From positions 163,150 to 227,149 of the forward strand of contig JBJOKS010000004.1 in NCBI GenBank assembly GCA_046045965.1: DNA of 64,000 nt, in the 5' to 3' direction. Positions within the stretch are counted from its first letter, which is position 1. Every line of letters begins with the position of its first letter. The position numbers and the translations under genes were made by a program. Under the pieces are notes generated by a model, which worked only from the letters and a program-made list of their open reading frames with translations, searched no databases and had not been told where the DNA came from. The DNA is from Cyanobacteriota bacterium (lineage in GTDB: Bacteria > Cyanobacteriota > Cyanobacteriia > Cyanobacteriales > Nostocaceae). Positions 39,790 through 51,029 of this stretch are shown one piece after another.

Positions 39790-41523
39790 TTAAGCCGGAT
39801 AAATCCTTAACCTGCGATTTGGTTCTTCACCGAAACTATCAGACTTGAGCCGATAATGTTCCACCAACTCATGCTGCATTTTCCGCACTTGGGGAGAACG
39901 GGGTAACAACTCCACCGGCTGACCTTTAGGAATAACAATTTGCTCCACAGCAAGTCTGGCTTCTTCCAAAGCGTCCATCTCATCATCACTACCACTGTGT
40001 AGTAACAGTTGCAACTCTCGCTCATCACCAATTTCCGGATCATCAATATTTAGCAACCGCCGCAAACCGCGAGTAATTTGGGGAATAGTGCTAGATTTAA
40101 TCACATGAATTGGTACATGACGAGCCTTTGCCATTTGCCTTAACTTAGCATGGTTCTTAACGTGCGATCGCAACGCCAAAATAGCATCAGCACTATCTAT
40201 GTCTTTTGTCAAGACCACAGGCAAAGTTAACACACTAATTACCTGTTCTAGTTGATGACGACTCACCCCATAGGGGTAAATATGCAGAGGCAAATCTTCC
40301 CCATTTGGACCGGCTGATTTAGTATGACTACTAAAATCAATAGTGTCCGAATAATTGAAAGACTCATCTAACAAGCGGTCAAACTCACTGCGTCCTTTCA
40401 CCCGTTCCCCAGACAAAGGGGGTAGAGCTACCATTTGCCCAGAAGCACGCCAGCCATTAACCTGCTTAACTGCGGGAAAAGATTCATCCTCACTAGTTAT
40501 GTCACCACCACGACCATTAACCACAGATAACTGTCTGGTAATCGCTACTTTACCCTTTTCGTCCACACTGCGCGTTTGCGGGTTAGGTTGACGACCCCGT
40601 AACAAAGTATCAACAGTATCAGCAACGCTTTCATGTACTACCCAGCGTTGTCGCTCCAACATTTCCACAGCAATTTCAAAGGTGGGAGGCGCTTTGCGTT
40701 CCAAAACTGTCTTTTGCGAACCGCGTCTTCTCGCTTCGTCATCTCCTAGCGTCACCGCTTGAATACCCCCAACCAAATCAGAAAGGGTAGGATTTTTGAT
40801 CAAATTTTCAATTTGGTTTCCGTGGGCAGTTCCAACTAATTGTACACCCCGCTCCGCAATAGTACGGGCGGCTAAAGCTTCCAATTCTGTACCAATTTCA
40901 TCAATGACAATGACTTCAGGCATATGGTTTTCCACAGCCTCAATCATCACCTGATGTTGTAATTCTGGCTTGGCTACTTGCATTCTTCTAGCGCGACCAA
41001 TAGCCGGGTGAGCAATATCACCATCTCCAGCGATTTCGTTAGAGGTGTCAATAATTACCACTCGTTTATTTAAGTCATCTGCCAACACACGGGCAATTTC
41101 CCGTAAAGCAGTGGTCTTACCCACACCGGGACGACCTAGCATAAGGATTGATTTACCAGTTTCCACCAAATCGCGGATCATGCCAATTGTGCCAAACACA
41201 GCCCGACCGACACGACAAGTCAAACCAATAATTTTGCCTGTGCGGTTACGGATGGCGCTGATACGATGCAAAGTTTGCTCAATTCCTGCCCGATTATCTC
41301 CACCAAAGGTTCCGACTCGTTGAATGCAATCATCTATTTGTGCTTGAGTGACAGGTGTTTCGCTCAGATACTCAGCAGCATGAGGGAAGCGAGCTTCTGG
41401 GCGACGACCCAGATCCAAAACCACTTCAACTAGATTATCTCTTTGGGGATGATGCTCTAGTTTTTGTCGTAGGTCTTGGGGCAAAATGTCCAGTAACTTT
41501 TGGAGATCTTCTGTAATCGTCAT
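39790..41523 (-). CDS. ycf45: Ycf45-like AAA ATPase with C-terminal R3H domain
   Basis: GRPGVGKTT, DTSNEI.GDGD, VIDEIG, GTAHG; R..QH.L R3H motif. Start moved to ATG 41523. Confidence 0.88.
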   Translation of the reverse strand: MTITEDLQKLLDILPQDLRQKLEHHPQRDNLVEVVLDLGRRPEARFPHAAEYLSETPVTQAQIDDCIQRVGTFGGDNRAGIEQTLHRISAIRNRTGKIIGLTCRVGRAVFGTIGMIRDLVETGKSILMLGRPGVGKTTALREIARVLADDLNKRVVIIDTSNEIAGDGDIAHPAIGRARRMQVAKPELQHQVMIEAVENHMPEVIVIDEIGTELEALAARTIAERGVQLVGTAHGNQIENLIKNPTLSDLVGGIQAVTLGDDEARRRGSQKTVLERKAPPTFEIAVEMLERQRWVVHESVADTVDTLLRGRQPNPQTRSVDEKGKVAITRQLSVVNGRGGDITSEDESFPAVKQVNGWRASGQMVALPPLSGERVKGRSEFDRLLDESFNYSDTIDFSSHTKSAGPNGEDLPLHIYPYGVSRHQLEQVISVLTLPVVLTKDIDSADAILALRSHVKNHAKLRQMAKARHVPIHVIKSSTIPQITRGLRRLLNIDDPEIGDERELQLLLHSGSDDEMDALEEARLAVEQIVIPKGQPVELLPRSPQVRKMQHELVEHYRLKSDSFGEEPNRRLRIYPA

Positions 41524-41575
41524 GCTTTCTATGGTGGTGACGTTTTTAGAGATAACGAAGGAGCAATTAACGCTC

Positions 41576-42724
41576 TTACTGTGACTTAATCTGAGAAACG
41601 AGAGAATGAGCAAGTTTTACAGCTTGCCAGAGTATTTCCGGTTCATCTTCAAGGCGCAGACTTGCCTTAACACCAGTGGAACTCACCTCCTGATTTTCTA
41701 ACTGTTCAAAAATGTGTGACAGCAACACACGAGCGTAGCTACCATAGGCTACACCGGCAATGGAATTCTGGGGGCTGAGTTCAGAAGGAGAGGATAACTT
41801 ATTACCTCCTGCCTCCTGCCTTCTGCCTCCTGCCTCCTGAAGCAGTCCCATCGCCTTTAACTTAGGAACTGTGTAGCTATTAGTACCCCCGGCTAACTGC
41901 ACATATCCCGGTAAATTTGCTGCCAAAACTTTTTGCCCTAATTTTATCGCCGCTATAGTAGTACCATCACCGATATCACCACTCATAGAGCGCCCGTCTG
42001 TTTGCCAAATCAAAGTTTGGGGACGAGGGGCAATTAAATCATAAATTGCTTGGAGGTAATCAATTAAACCATCACCATCATTACAACTAATAGCTACTAA
42101 CTTTAATTGATCTGCCCCAGGAGCGATGTTTGACCACAAACGCTGGAACTCTGCCAAACGCCCTACTTTTGTATGAATTTCTATGGCATCTATTCCCGTT
42201 GACATGATCAATGGTGCAATCACTCCCGGCTTTGACAGATATGATGCTGTATCAATTATCTCATAAGGACAAGCTGGAAGGCAACGTCCACAGCCATAAC
42301 ATTTTTCGGCAATTATTCCTGAAAAGCTATCTTTTTGATCGTTAAACACAATAGCTTGTGCTGGACAAATCTTTTCACAGGGTCTAGCACAATCAGGTGG
42401 ACAATAAATAGGATTAAATTGGGCTTTTCTAAAATGGGGGTCTTCTCCATCATTAAGGCTGACCATTAACAAGGGTAAATTGGCGTGAAAGTTCAAGCCT
42501 CGCACTTGAGCATCTTTAACAAGAGTTTTAGCAACCAGTAAAGCTTCTTGAGCCGCATTAATTACAGCCGGATCAGCTGCCACATCTATGCAGTCAGCAC
42601 CCGCCAAAGTGTAGGCTAAAGTTAAACTTCTGACCGCAGGTAGATGTTGGAAACTGGCTCCACAAATCAGCTTAAACCAGTTACCTTGTTTTAGGGATTG
42701 TAAAGGGGCTAACAGTTTGGTCAC
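41576..42724 (-). CDS. ldpA: Circadian input iron-sulfur protein LdpA
   Basis: W.KLICGAS, GEDPHFRKA, CP.DC.RPCE.ICP, CYGCGRC...CP, DGR.MSGDIG and QLAGGTN motifs. Confidence 0.92.
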   Translation of the reverse strand: MTKLLAPLQSLKQGNWFKLICGASFQHLPAVRSLTLAYTLAGADCIDVAADPAVINAAQEALLVAKTLVKDAQVRGLNFHANLPLLMVSLNDGEDPHFRKAQFNPIYCPPDCARPCEKICPAQAIVFNDQKDSFSGIIAEKCYGCGRCLPACPYEIIDTASYLSKPGVIAPLIMSTGIDAIEIHTKVGRLAEFQRLWSNIAPGADQLKLVAISCNDGDGLIDYLQAIYDLIAPRPQTLIWQTDGRSMSGDIGDGTTIAAIKLGQKVLAANLPGYVQLAGGTNSYTVPKLKAMGLLQEAGGRRQEAGGNKLSSPSELSPQNSIAGVAYGSYARVLLSHIFEQLENQEVSSTGVKASLRLEDEPEILWQAVKLAHSLVSQIKSQ

Positions 42725-42838
42725 TCTTCTATTATGCTTTTTTTGCCACGAAAATTGCAGCCCCTAATCAGGAAAAAATCCAATTTTTTTATCTGTCGTA
42801 TTGAGGCAGTGGACAAGAGGCTGTATGTTTGACGTAAT

Positions 42839-43639
42839 TTATGCGGTTAAAAAACTTTTTGGCAATATTTCAATATTATCGCCAACTTTTATCAGTTTCC
42901 CTGCTTCTGAAACAGCTAATCTGGTATTTACACTCAATTTATAGAAGTGATTAAACCTAGACGCAGCTACCCAGGATGGCAGAGTTGCCTGACGTTTTTT
43001 GACAAATATTTTTTGAAAGTTGGGGTAAGTTGCACCCAAGTAAGAATCTCGTGTTGGGACTATACAACGTTGACAGGGGTTGACTCCCAAAAACTGTACA
43101 TCTCCTACTTGAAAGGATACAGGTTCTCCACTGTCCGTAAACAGCCTATCTTCCCAAAATGCTGGTACACCACCAATCTCAATATTTGCACGCAGTCGTC
43201 GGCGTATTTCCTCCACACTCACCCCAGGAAACCAAGCAGCCACTTCCCCTAAAGTTGCTGTACTAATCACAGTTGGACCTGGTGAGTTTGTATCATCAGG
43301 AAAACCCATCTTGGTGTTTTGTCTTAATGTAACAGCAAAGCCAAAAAATTCGCTTAACCTTGCTGCTAGTTGTTGCTGTTCTTGATGAAGATGAAAAAGC
43401 TGGTATGAGTTGCTATTAGGAAATTGAAGATCAACAACTCTTTCTGTGAGGGAAAAATTGGCACGCAAAGAATGAATTTTGGCATGGCGTTTAGCATTGA
43501 CAAATTTACCCTCTGCGTCAACAATGGCAAACTCGCGGTCATACTCCAGTGCGCCACTTGATAAAAGTGTAGCTTTTTCTACTTCTACACCCTCGAGTGA
43601 CTTAATCGGATATAACAGAATCTTTGATAAATAGGCCAT
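42839..43639 (-). CDS. MOSC-domain protein
   Basis: YPIKSL.G, DREFA, R.RANIE and PC.RC.VP motifs. Confidence 0.88.
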   Translation of the reverse strand: MAYLSKILLYPIKSLEGVEVEKATLLSSGALEYDREFAIVDAEGKFVNAKRHAKIHSLRANFSLTERVVDLQFPNSNSYQLFHLHQEQQQLAARLSEFFGFAVTLRQNTKMGFPDDTNSPGPTVISTATLGEVAAWFPGVSVEEIRRRLRANIEIGGVPAFWEDRLFTDSGEPVSFQVGDVQFLGVNPCQRCIVPTRDSYLGATYPNFQKIFVKKRQATLPSWVAASRFNHFYKLSVNTRLAVSEAGKLIKVGDNIEILPKSFLTA

Positions 43640-43947
43640 CTTTAAAAATTAAAAATGCAAGAGGTAATTCATGAATTACCTCTACCTTAATCATATTTGC
43701 TGAGAGAAAAAATTTTAGATTTTAGATTTTGGATTTTAGATTGAAATCACAGTCTAAAATCTAAAAATAAGGTTTTAAGCCTCTCCATTCATGGAGAAAA
43801 ATACAAATGTTTTTCGCCTTTAAGCCTCTTCTTTAAAGGAGAGGATCATCCAAAATACTCGCTGCGCTGCGTACGCAACGCTTACGTCAATCCAAAATGC
43901 CAAATTGATTGACGGCTGACAGCTAACCACTATAGCGGTAGTATTTT

Positions 43948-44601
43948 TTAAGGATTTGTCAGTGGATACACAGGTGATTTATCAATACCGCCTATTTTAT
44001 TCAGAGGCCAAAAACGGATAACAGCACGACCAATGATATTTTCCCGTGGTACTAAACCCCAACAGCGTCCATCATAACTACTACCACGATTGTCACCTAA
44101 CACTAAGTATGAATCAGGTGGTATGGTTTGCGGTTTCGCTAAGAAAGGAGGTTGCGCTCCTGATGTGCAAACATCAACAACTGTACGCGCAGAGGGGAAT
44201 AAATATTTGTCTTCTGGGAGAGGTTGGTTATTAATATAGACTTTACCATCCTTAAGTTCTACTTTTTCTCCAGGTAAACCTATAATTCGTTTAATAAAGG
44301 CATCGTTGTATTGTTCTTTCTTAAGTTCATCGGTAGGCGAAAATACAACTATATCCCCCCGTTCTGGGTTAGCAAATTTATACTTCACCTTATCGACAAT
44401 GATCTTGTCTGCTTTCCACTGGTCTTGTACACCATGCAGCGTCGGTTCCATAGAGCCAGTTGGTATCCAGCGTGCTTCGGCGACAAGGGTACGAATTCCC
44501 AGGGCTAGAAAGACGCTCAAGATAACGGTTTTACCTAGCTCGACGATCCAGGAACTATCAGGTTGTTGGCTAGAGTTTTTGTCAGACACTTGATTTTGCA
44601 T
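43948..44601 (-). CDS. lepB: Signal peptidase I
   Basis: IP.GSM.PTL, RGDIVVF, FIKRIIGLPG and GDNR..S.D.R motifs. Confidence 0.95.
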   Translation of the reverse strand: MQNQVSDKNSSQQPDSSWIVELGKTVILSVFLALGIRTLVAEARWIPTGSMEPTLHGVQDQWKADKIIVDKVKYKFANPERGDIVVFSPTDELKKEQYNDAFIKRIIGLPGEKVELKDGKVYINNQPLPEDKYLFPSARTVVDVCTSGAQPPFLAKPQTIPPDSYLVLGDNRGSSYDGRCWGLVPRENIIGRAVIRFWPLNKIGGIDKSPVYPLTNP

Positions 44602-44690
44602 GAAATTACTTAAATTTTAGGGTAAGAGGCAAGCACTGAACTTATCAGGGGAGACTTTATTTATTATCTTAACTAGAGAAGGGTGTTTTA

Positions 44691-45989
44691 CTGCTATATA
44701 AAACCTAGACAAAGCTAGACTTTACTTTCTACTTCAACGGGAGCATGGGAGCGGTTATCCCTCAGTAGACTTACACGCTTTAGCCAAACGCGATAAATTA
44801 ACTGCTGCATTGAGATCCCTATCCATCTCAAAACCACAGTTCTCACAGCGATAAGTTCTTTGGGATAAAGAAAGATGTTCTTTCTTATGTCCACAGCGAG
44901 AACAGGTTTTACTTGATGGATAAAATCTATCAGCAATTATAATTTCACTACCAAACTTTTTAGCTTTATATTCTAGCTGACGTTTAAACTCATAAAACCC
45001 GCAATCAGCTATTGCTTGGGCTAATTTATGGTTTGATAACATTCCTGAAACATTCAAATCTTCTACTACTATCTTCGCGTGGTTTTTGCATAAGTAAGTA
45101 GTGATTTTGTGAAGAGTATCTTTTCTCAGGTTTGCTATTTTTGCATGATGTCTAGATAGTTTAATTTTGGCTTTATGCTTATTATTTGAACCTTTGGTTT
45201 TTCTAGAGTAGATATTAGATAATCTTTGCAGTTTAGCCAAGTTCTGCTTGTAGTGCTTAGGATTAGCAAAAGTAATACCAGTGCTAAGAGTAGCTAGTTC
45301 TTTTACCCCTAAATCAACACCAACAGCATCATGTTTTTTAATAGTTGGCTGACATTCTTGTTCATAAGAAAAGGATATGTGCCAACTATCAGCAGTCCTA
45401 GAAATAGTAATACTTTTGCAGGTGGTATGAGGTAATCCTTCATAAGTTTTTACCCATCCAATTGTTGGTAGTTTTATTGATGTACCACCTACAGAAATTG
45501 GTTTACCACCAGCATCAATTGTAAAACTATCATTTTTCCCTTTCTTTTTGAAGTTAGGATATTTGGACTGTCCTTTAAAGAATCTCTGGAAAGCCTCACC
45601 TAAACTATCAAAGGCGTATTGAGTGATTTTTTGACAAATACCTTTTTCTTTGATCCATGTCAATTCAGGTTTTACATGGTTATTAAAGAATTTTTTGAGA
45701 AGATATTTATTTGGCTTTAATCCATCTTTATACAAAGAAGCCCAAGTCGCTAAACCCCAATTATAGGTAAACCTTGTTATTCCACCGTGTTTAGCCATTA
45801 ATATTTCTTGGGTTTTATTTAACTTGAGTTTTGTTTTAATGGATAAAAGCATTGCTCGACCTCAACACTGTATTTTATGATTTAATTCTGACACATTTTG
45901 CCTAAATTTTTAGCCAACTCATTCCATGTATACGTCAAACACTTGTAGTTTTGTATGTATTTGTACAGGTTTGCCTATTAAATTGTCAA
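44691..45989 (-). mobile_element. IS607-type non-autonomous element (tnpB only)
   Basis: Minus strand right end ...GTCTAGCTTTGTCTAGGTTTTATATAGCAG. Left junction CCTAAG|TTGACA with short TACAAA-like direct repeats. AG at both junctions; no TIR, no TSD, no tnpA. Ends are inferred. Confidence 0.7.
44755..45852 (-). CDS. tnpB: TnpB RNA-guided endonuclease (IS607-type)
   Basis: KT.LKLN....RF.YNWGL start; RuvC GVDLG, VEDL and DRDLNAA; PSSKTCS.C...C..CG. Confidence 0.95.
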   Translation of the reverse strand: MLLSIKTKLKLNKTQEILMAKHGGITRFTYNWGLATWASLYKDGLKPNKYLLKKFFNNHVKPELTWIKEKGICQKITQYAFDSLGEAFQRFFKGQSKYPNFKKKGKNDSFTIDAGGKPISVGGTSIKLPTIGWVKTYEGLPHTTCKSITISRTADSWHISFSYEQECQPTIKKHDAVGVDLGVKELATLSTGITFANPKHYKQNLAKLQRLSNIYSRKTKGSNNKHKAKIKLSRHHAKIANLRKDTLHKITTYLCKNHAKIVVEDLNVSGMLSNHKLAQAIADCGFYEFKRQLEYKAKKFGSEIIIADRFYPSSKTCSRCGHKKEHLSLSQRTYRCENCGFEMDRDLNAAVNLSRLAKACKSTEG

Positions 45990-46050
45990 CTTAGGACAAG
46001 CTCATCAAGATGGACTGGGGATAAGTTGTTTGATAAACCTCTATACTTAA

Positions 46051-46157
46051 ATCAGTGAGCAGTAGACATTTTATGATTTTGACTGTGTAAGCTTGAATAT
46101 CAAAAATTGCCACAATTGGTATTGTTTTCCATTAACGCAATGAAACTGCTCACTGAT
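46051..46157. repeat. 13-bp inverted repeat pair enclosing about 80 bp
   Basis: ATCAGTGAGCAGT (46051-46063) and ACTGCTCACTGAT (46145-46157). Confidence 0.75.
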
Positions 46158-46185
46158 AACTGATAACTGAGTAACCAATAAGTCC

Positions 46186-47505
46186 ATGTCATCTCCAACA
46201 AGTTTACTGATTCGCCAAGCACACTTGATTCTACCCAATGGTGAGTTCATGATTGGGGATGTGCTGACGCGTGGGGGAAAAATAGTCGAGGTAGCGTCAA
46301 AAATAGCTAATGCTACACCAACTCAAGAAATTGACGCACAAGGCTTAACTTTGTTGCCTGGAGTAATTGACCCCCAGGTGCATTTCCGCGAACCAGGACT
46401 AGAGTATAAGGAAGACCTGTTTACTGCCAGTTGTGCTTGTGCTAAAGGGGGTGTCACCTCCTTTCTGGAAATGCCGAATACAAGACCTTTGACTACTAGC
46501 CAGTCAGCTTTGGATGACAAACTACAAAGGGCTGCCAATAAGTGCTTAGTTAATTATGGCTTTTTTATTGGGGCTACGGCAGAGAATTTAACAGAATTGC
46601 TTTCAGCCCAGCCGACACCGGGAATTAAGATTTTTATGGGGTCGATGCACGGTGAGTTGTTGGTTGACCAGGAAACTGTGTTGGAGAGTATTTTTGCTCA
46701 AGGCAGCCGGTTAATTGCTGTTCATGCGGAAGACCAGGAGAGAATTAAACAACGACGACAGGAGTTTGCTGGTATTCATGATCCGGCTGTTCATTCCCAA
46801 ATTCAAGATAATCAAGCTGCTTTGAATGCGACGCAGTTAGCATTAAAGCTTTCTAAAAAATATCAACGCCGGTTACATATTCTGCATATGTCAACAGCGG
46901 AAGAAGCTGAGTTACTGCGTGAGGAGAAACCAAGTTGGGTGACAGCGGAGGTGACACCACAGCATTTGTTGTTAAATACCAGTGCTTATGAAACTATTGG
47001 CACATTAGCGCAGATGAATCCACCGTTGCGATCGCCCCATGATAATGAAGTGCTTTGGCAAGCTTTACGAGATGGTGTCATTGATTTTATCGCTACCGAC
47101 CACGCACCACATACTCTAGAAGAAAAAGGACAAATTTACCCGAACACCCCTTCAGGTATGCCTGGTGTCGAAACTTCCCTACCTTTAATGTTAACTGCCG
47201 CAATGGAGGGAAAATGCACTGTTTCCCAGGTTGTGAAATGGATGTCTAAGGCAGTGGCTACCGCTTATGGTATTCCTAACAAGGGAGAAATTACTCCTGG
47301 TTACGATGCGGATTTGGTTTTAGTAGATTTAAATACCTACAAACCTGTAAAGCGGGAAGAAGTTGTAAGTAAATGTGGTTGGAATTCCTTTGAAGGTTGG
47401 AATTTAACTGGCTGGCCTGTAACAACCATTGTCGGTGGCGAAATTGTCTATGACAAAGGGCAGATAAATACGGAAATTCGCGGACAAGCTTTAACGTTCT
47501 TGTAA
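46186..47505 (+). CDS. pyrC: Dihydroorotase (type I amidohydrolase)
   Basis: PGVID.QVHFREPG, EMPNT.P, HAED, MNPPLR, ATDHAPH and G.PG.ET motifs. Confidence 0.88.
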   Translation: MSSPTSLLIRQAHLILPNGEFMIGDVLTRGGKIVEVASKIANATPTQEIDAQGLTLLPGVIDPQVHFREPGLEYKEDLFTASCACAKGGVTSFLEMPNTRPLTTSQSALDDKLQRAANKCLVNYGFFIGATAENLTELLSAQPTPGIKIFMGSMHGELLVDQETVLESIFAQGSRLIAVHAEDQERIKQRRQEFAGIHDPAVHSQIQDNQAALNATQLALKLSKKYQRRLHILHMSTAEEAELLREEKPSWVTAEVTPQHLLLNTSAYETIGTLAQMNPPLRSPHDNEVLWQALRDGVIDFIATDHAPHTLEEKGQIYPNTPSGMPGVETSLPLMLTAAMEGKCTVSQVVKWMSKAVATAYGIPNKGEITPGYDADLVLVDLNTYKPVKREEVVSKCGWNSFEGWNLTGWPVTTIVGGEIVYDKGQINTEIRGQALTFL

Positions 47506-47946
47506 AAAATCTAGCGTACAATTCACAGTAATAATATCTGCTTGCCGAGTGCCAGATTCACCATAAGTTAAACATACTTTGAAATAACTATCTGGTAGAT
47601 ATGGCATTCTTTCTGACCATTCAATAGCGACAATTCCCGGTATAATTTCCATCCCTTCCCAGTAACTTTCTAAATTCAAGCCGCTTACTTCTTGAGGTTC
47701 TAAACGATACAAATCTAGATGGTAAAGGGGGATGCGTCCTTCTGTGTATTCATTAATCAGGGTAAAAGTAGGACTAACGATAGAGTCAGTGATACCTAAA
47801 CCCTGACCAATTCCTTGAACCAAGGTAGTTTTACCAGCACCCAAATCACCTTCTAGTAAAATCACACTGCCAGCAGTCAGGTTTTGACCCAGGGTAATAC
47901 CTAATTGCTGTGTTGCTTTTGTATCAGGAAGGAAAATTTTAGTCAT
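47491..47946 (-). CDS. tsaE: tRNA threonylcarbamoyladenosine biosynthesis ATPase TsaE
   Basis: GDLGAGKTT, SPTFTL, H.DLYRL and IEW motifs. Confidence 0.95.
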   Translation of the reverse strand: MTKIFLPDTKATQQLGITLGQNLTAGSVILLEGDLGAGKTTLVQGIGQGLGITDSIVSPTFTLINEYTEGRIPLYHLDLYRLEPQEVSGLNLESYWEGMEIIPGIVAIEWSERMPYLPDSYFKVCLTYGESGTRQADIITVNCTLDFLQER

Positions 47947-48056
47947 TAGTCATTAGTCATTGGTCATTAGTCATTGGTCATTGGTCATTGGTCATTGGTC
48001 ATTGGTCTTCTCCCCTTGCTCCCCCTGCTCCCCCTGCTTCCCAGTCCCCAGTCCCC
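47941..48056. repeat. STRR arrays (GTCATTA/G)n and (CCCCAGT)n
   Basis: Tandem 7-mers; the first units overlap the tsaE start. Confidence 0.85.
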
Positions 48057-48057
48057 A

Positions 48058-49431
48058 TTACTTCCCATGATGCGCTCCACTGTACCATTTCAATAATACC
48101 TTAGCTAGTTTTTGTGGGTCGTGGCGGACAAAACCGGTTTCATCTTCATATAAGATATTAGAGGGAACTATTCGCCGTCCTAGCTTAATAACGGCTTCTC
48201 GGTCCAAGAAAACGGGATGGGAATTTTGTTGAGCGTAGCGAATGAGGGCTTGGGCTGATGGGGTTTTTTTATGTACTAATACAGCATCAAACAGCTTTCT
48301 GTCACCGCAAGCTTTATCAATGGCTTGGATGTGTTCAGCAACGGTATATCCTTCTGTTTCTCCGGGTTGGGTCATAATATTGCAGATATAGATTCGGGGT
48401 ACTTCTGTAGCTGCGATCGCATCGGCAATTTCTGGAACTAACAAATTAGGTATTAAACTAGTATACAGACTGCCAGGACCAATAATAATGTAATCAGCTT
48501 CTTTAATTGCCTTAATCGCTGCGGGTAAAGCCGGAGGATTTTCGGGAATACAGCCAATTTTAGTAATTTTCCCCCCTGCTTTGGGAATACTAGACTCACC
48601 CTCAATGCGGCGGCCATCTGTTAATTCTGCCCAGAGACGAACATCACTAAGGGTTGCGGGTAAAACCTGTCCTCTGACAGCTAGGACTTTGGAACTAGCA
48701 GCAACTGCCCTTTCTAAGTCTCCAGTAATATCAGTCATGGCAGTTAAAAACAAATTACCAAAACTGTGACCTGTCAAACCGTCACCAGCGCGAAAACGAT
48801 ATTGAAACAATTCTGTTAATAACTTTTCTTCATCAGCTAATGCAGCCAAACAGTTGCGAATATCCCCAGGAGGTAAAACGCCAAATTCCTGACGCAACCT
48901 GCCAGAAGAACCACCATCATCAGCCACTGTCACAATAGCAGTAATATTAGCACTATAGGTTTTTAAGCCTCTGAGTAAAGTAGAAAGTCCCGTACCGCCA
49001 CCAATGACGACAATTTTGGGACCACGGTACAAACGGCGATATGCCAGGAGAACATCTATTAGTTCTTCCTCATCACCTTGGGGTCTTAAGACTTCAGTAA
49101 TAGAACCGACAGTGCGAGATTGTCCCCACAGTAACAACAGTACACCAAACAGTAATACCAACGGTCCGCTGATATAGTTGGGTAAGATGTCAGTAAGGAA
49201 ACCCAGTAAACCGCGCAGAAACTCTAATATCCAAAAAATTGGGGTTAGCTTAATCCAAATAGCCAACCCCAAACTTGCCAACAAAACACCCCCAATGCTG
49301 ACAAAGAACCAGCGTTTTACTGATATTCCAGGGGATAACCACTTAAACCACTGGTTTACCCGATGGGAAGTGCGGCTGTGTGACTCAAGTTGTATGGCGT
49401 TGAGGGCTTGTCTGAGAAAAGCGATGGACAT
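48058..49431 (-). CDS. yvcK: YvcK/GlmR-family (CofD-like) gluconeogenesis factor with N-terminal membrane domain
   Basis: [37 protein letters not shown] and RHD motifs. Start moved to ATG 49431. Confidence 0.9.
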   Translation of the reverse strand: MSIAFLRQALNAIQLESHSRTSHRVNQWFKWLSPGISVKRWFFVSIGGVLLASLGLAIWIKLTPIFWILEFLRGLLGFLTDILPNYISGPLVLLFGVLLLLWGQSRTVGSITEVLRPQGDEEELIDVLLAYRRLYRGPKIVVIGGGTGLSTLLRGLKTYSANITAIVTVADDGGSSGRLRQEFGVLPPGDIRNCLAALADEEKLLTELFQYRFRAGDGLTGHSFGNLFLTAMTDITGDLERAVAASSKVLAVRGQVLPATLSDVRLWAELTDGRRIEGESSIPKAGGKITKIGCIPENPPALPAAIKAIKEADYIIIGPGSLYTSLIPNLLVPEIADAIAATEVPRIYICNIMTQPGETEGYTVAEHIQAIDKACGDRKLFDAVLVHKKTPSAQALIRYAQQNSHPVFLDREAVIKLGRRIVPSNILYEDETGFVRHDPQKLAKVLLKWYSGAHHGK

Positions 49432-49761
49432 ACCTAATAGGGAACTGTGGTACAAACAATGTTTAACAGAAAATGTACATGAACGGGGACTGGGGACTGG
49501 GGACCCTTGACTGGGGGATAATAACAACTGACGGCTCGGTAATTGGGTAATTGGGTAATTGGTAATTGGTGATTGGTAAAAATCTTTTCCCCCTGCTCCC
49601 TGCCTCCTGCCTCCTGCCTTCTGCCTCTGAAAGTGCTTATTTCTTCATAATTGGCGATCGCTAACCGGAAAGTGCAGATTAAGTATAGTAGGAGTCGGGT
49701 GTTAGAAGTGGAGAATCAAAGTTAATTTGCTAGAAATTTCGAGAAAACTAGCCAAAATTTT

Positions 49762-50253
49762 ATGGAAAAACGAATTTTAGGATTAGATCCGGGTTTAGCT
49801 ATTGTGGGTTTTGGGGCGATCGCATGGAGTCAAAGTCAAGGTAAAGTACAAGATACAACGGTAAAGATGCTGGATTTTGGAGTAATTCGCACTTCTTCGG
49901 ATATGGAAATGAGTCAGCGACTATCTACGTTGTTTGACGATTTACATACGCTCATGGATGAGTTCCAACCTGATTTAGTAGCTATTGAAAAATTATTCTT
50001 TTATCGTATGGCAAACACTATTTTAGTGGCACAGGCTAGGGGCGTATTAATGTTGGTTTTGGGACAGCGCAAACTTCCTTATATGGAATTTGCCCCTCCG
50101 CAAATCAAGCAAGCTTTAACCAGTTATGGGAAAGCAGATAAGGCAGAAGTGCAGGAAGCGGTAATGCGGGAGTTAGATTTAGAGGAAATTCCTAAGCCTG
50201 ATGATGCGGCAGATGCTTTAGCGGTAGCGTTGACGGCTTCGTTTCAGTTATAA
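49762..50253 (+). CDS. ruvC: Crossover junction endodeoxyribonuclease RuvC
   Basis: ILGLDPG, AIE..FF, QARG, GKA.K..VQ and PDDAADALA motifs. Confidence 0.96.
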   Translation: MEKRILGLDPGLAIVGFGAIAWSQSQGKVQDTTVKMLDFGVIRTSSDMEMSQRLSTLFDDLHTLMDEFQPDLVAIEKLFFYRMANTILVAQARGVLMLVLGQRKLPYMEFAPPQIKQALTSYGKADKAEVQEAVMRELDLEEIPKPDDAADALAVALTASFQL

Positions 50254-50346
50254 GTATACAATTGGTACTAAAAAGTAAAGTAGTGGTGAGGGTAGAATTA
50301 CAATAGATATCTGCTACTTTTCAAACATCCTCTAAATATTACCTCT

Positions 50347-50940
50347 ATGAATTCTCCTGCAAAACCCCCCAAATTACCCACCCAAGCTATAGCGGCTAAA
50401 ATCTTCCACTCTCTTAATATTATTAGCCTGTTTTTAATGATTACCAGCGGATTGCAAATTTACAATGCTAATCCTGTTTTTGGTGGCCGTGCAGGTTTAC
50501 ATATTCCCCCTATTTTCACTTTAGGCGCTTGGTTAGCAGGAGGTAGACACTGGCATTTTGCAGCTATGTGGCTATTTTCTCTCAATCTTTTATTTTATGG
50601 AATTTATATTTTCATTACCCGACGTTGGCGACATAGATTTGTGGGAAGCAACGACATTAAAGCATTACAAAAAACGCCAAATCCCCAACGTTTAACCTAT
50701 GCTTGGCATCGAATTATTTACACAGCTATTATTCCCATATTATTGTTAGCCATATTAACAGGAATAGGAATGTACAAACCTGCTCAATTTCCCTGGATAG
50801 TGGATATGTTTGGAGATTGGCAAGCATTAAGAATTGTGCATTTTGCTTCTGTGCCATTAGTGGTATTATTTGTAATAATTCATTGGCGTTTAGGACAAAA
50901 AGCAGGAGGAGAAAAACTCATAGAATCAATGTTTTGGTAA
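50347..50940 (+). CDS. Cytochrome b/b6-domain membrane protein (thiosulfate reductase cytochrome b-like)
   Basis: Four TM segments; FH..N.....M..SGLQIYNA, WHFAAMW, R.VHF and IH histidines. Confidence 0.85.
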   Translation: MNSPAKPPKLPTQAIAAKIFHSLNIISLFLMITSGLQIYNANPVFGGRAGLHIPPIFTLGAWLAGGRHWHFAAMWLFSLNLLFYGIYIFITRRWRHRFVGSNDIKALQKTPNPQRLTYAWHRIIYTAIIPILLLAILTGIGMYKPAQFPWIVDMFGDWQALRIVHFASVPLVVLFVIIHWRLGQKAGGEKLIESMFW

Positions 50941-51029
50941 CTCAAAAAATACCCTTATCTAACTTTCTTCACTCTGCGTTCTCTGCGCCTCTGCGGTTAA
51001 TAAAAAAAGCAAAAACTAGAATCAAACCC

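Noticed and set aside
44691..45989. IStron (group I intron-IS hybrid), because the right end finishes in CAG
   Set aside because: Only about 137 bp lie upstream of tnpB, too short for a group I core, and the element is intergenic.
50703..51029. N-terminal extension of the molybdopterin oxidoreductase
   Set aside because: It overlaps the cytochrome b gene and a repeat; the Tat motif indicates a start near 51030.
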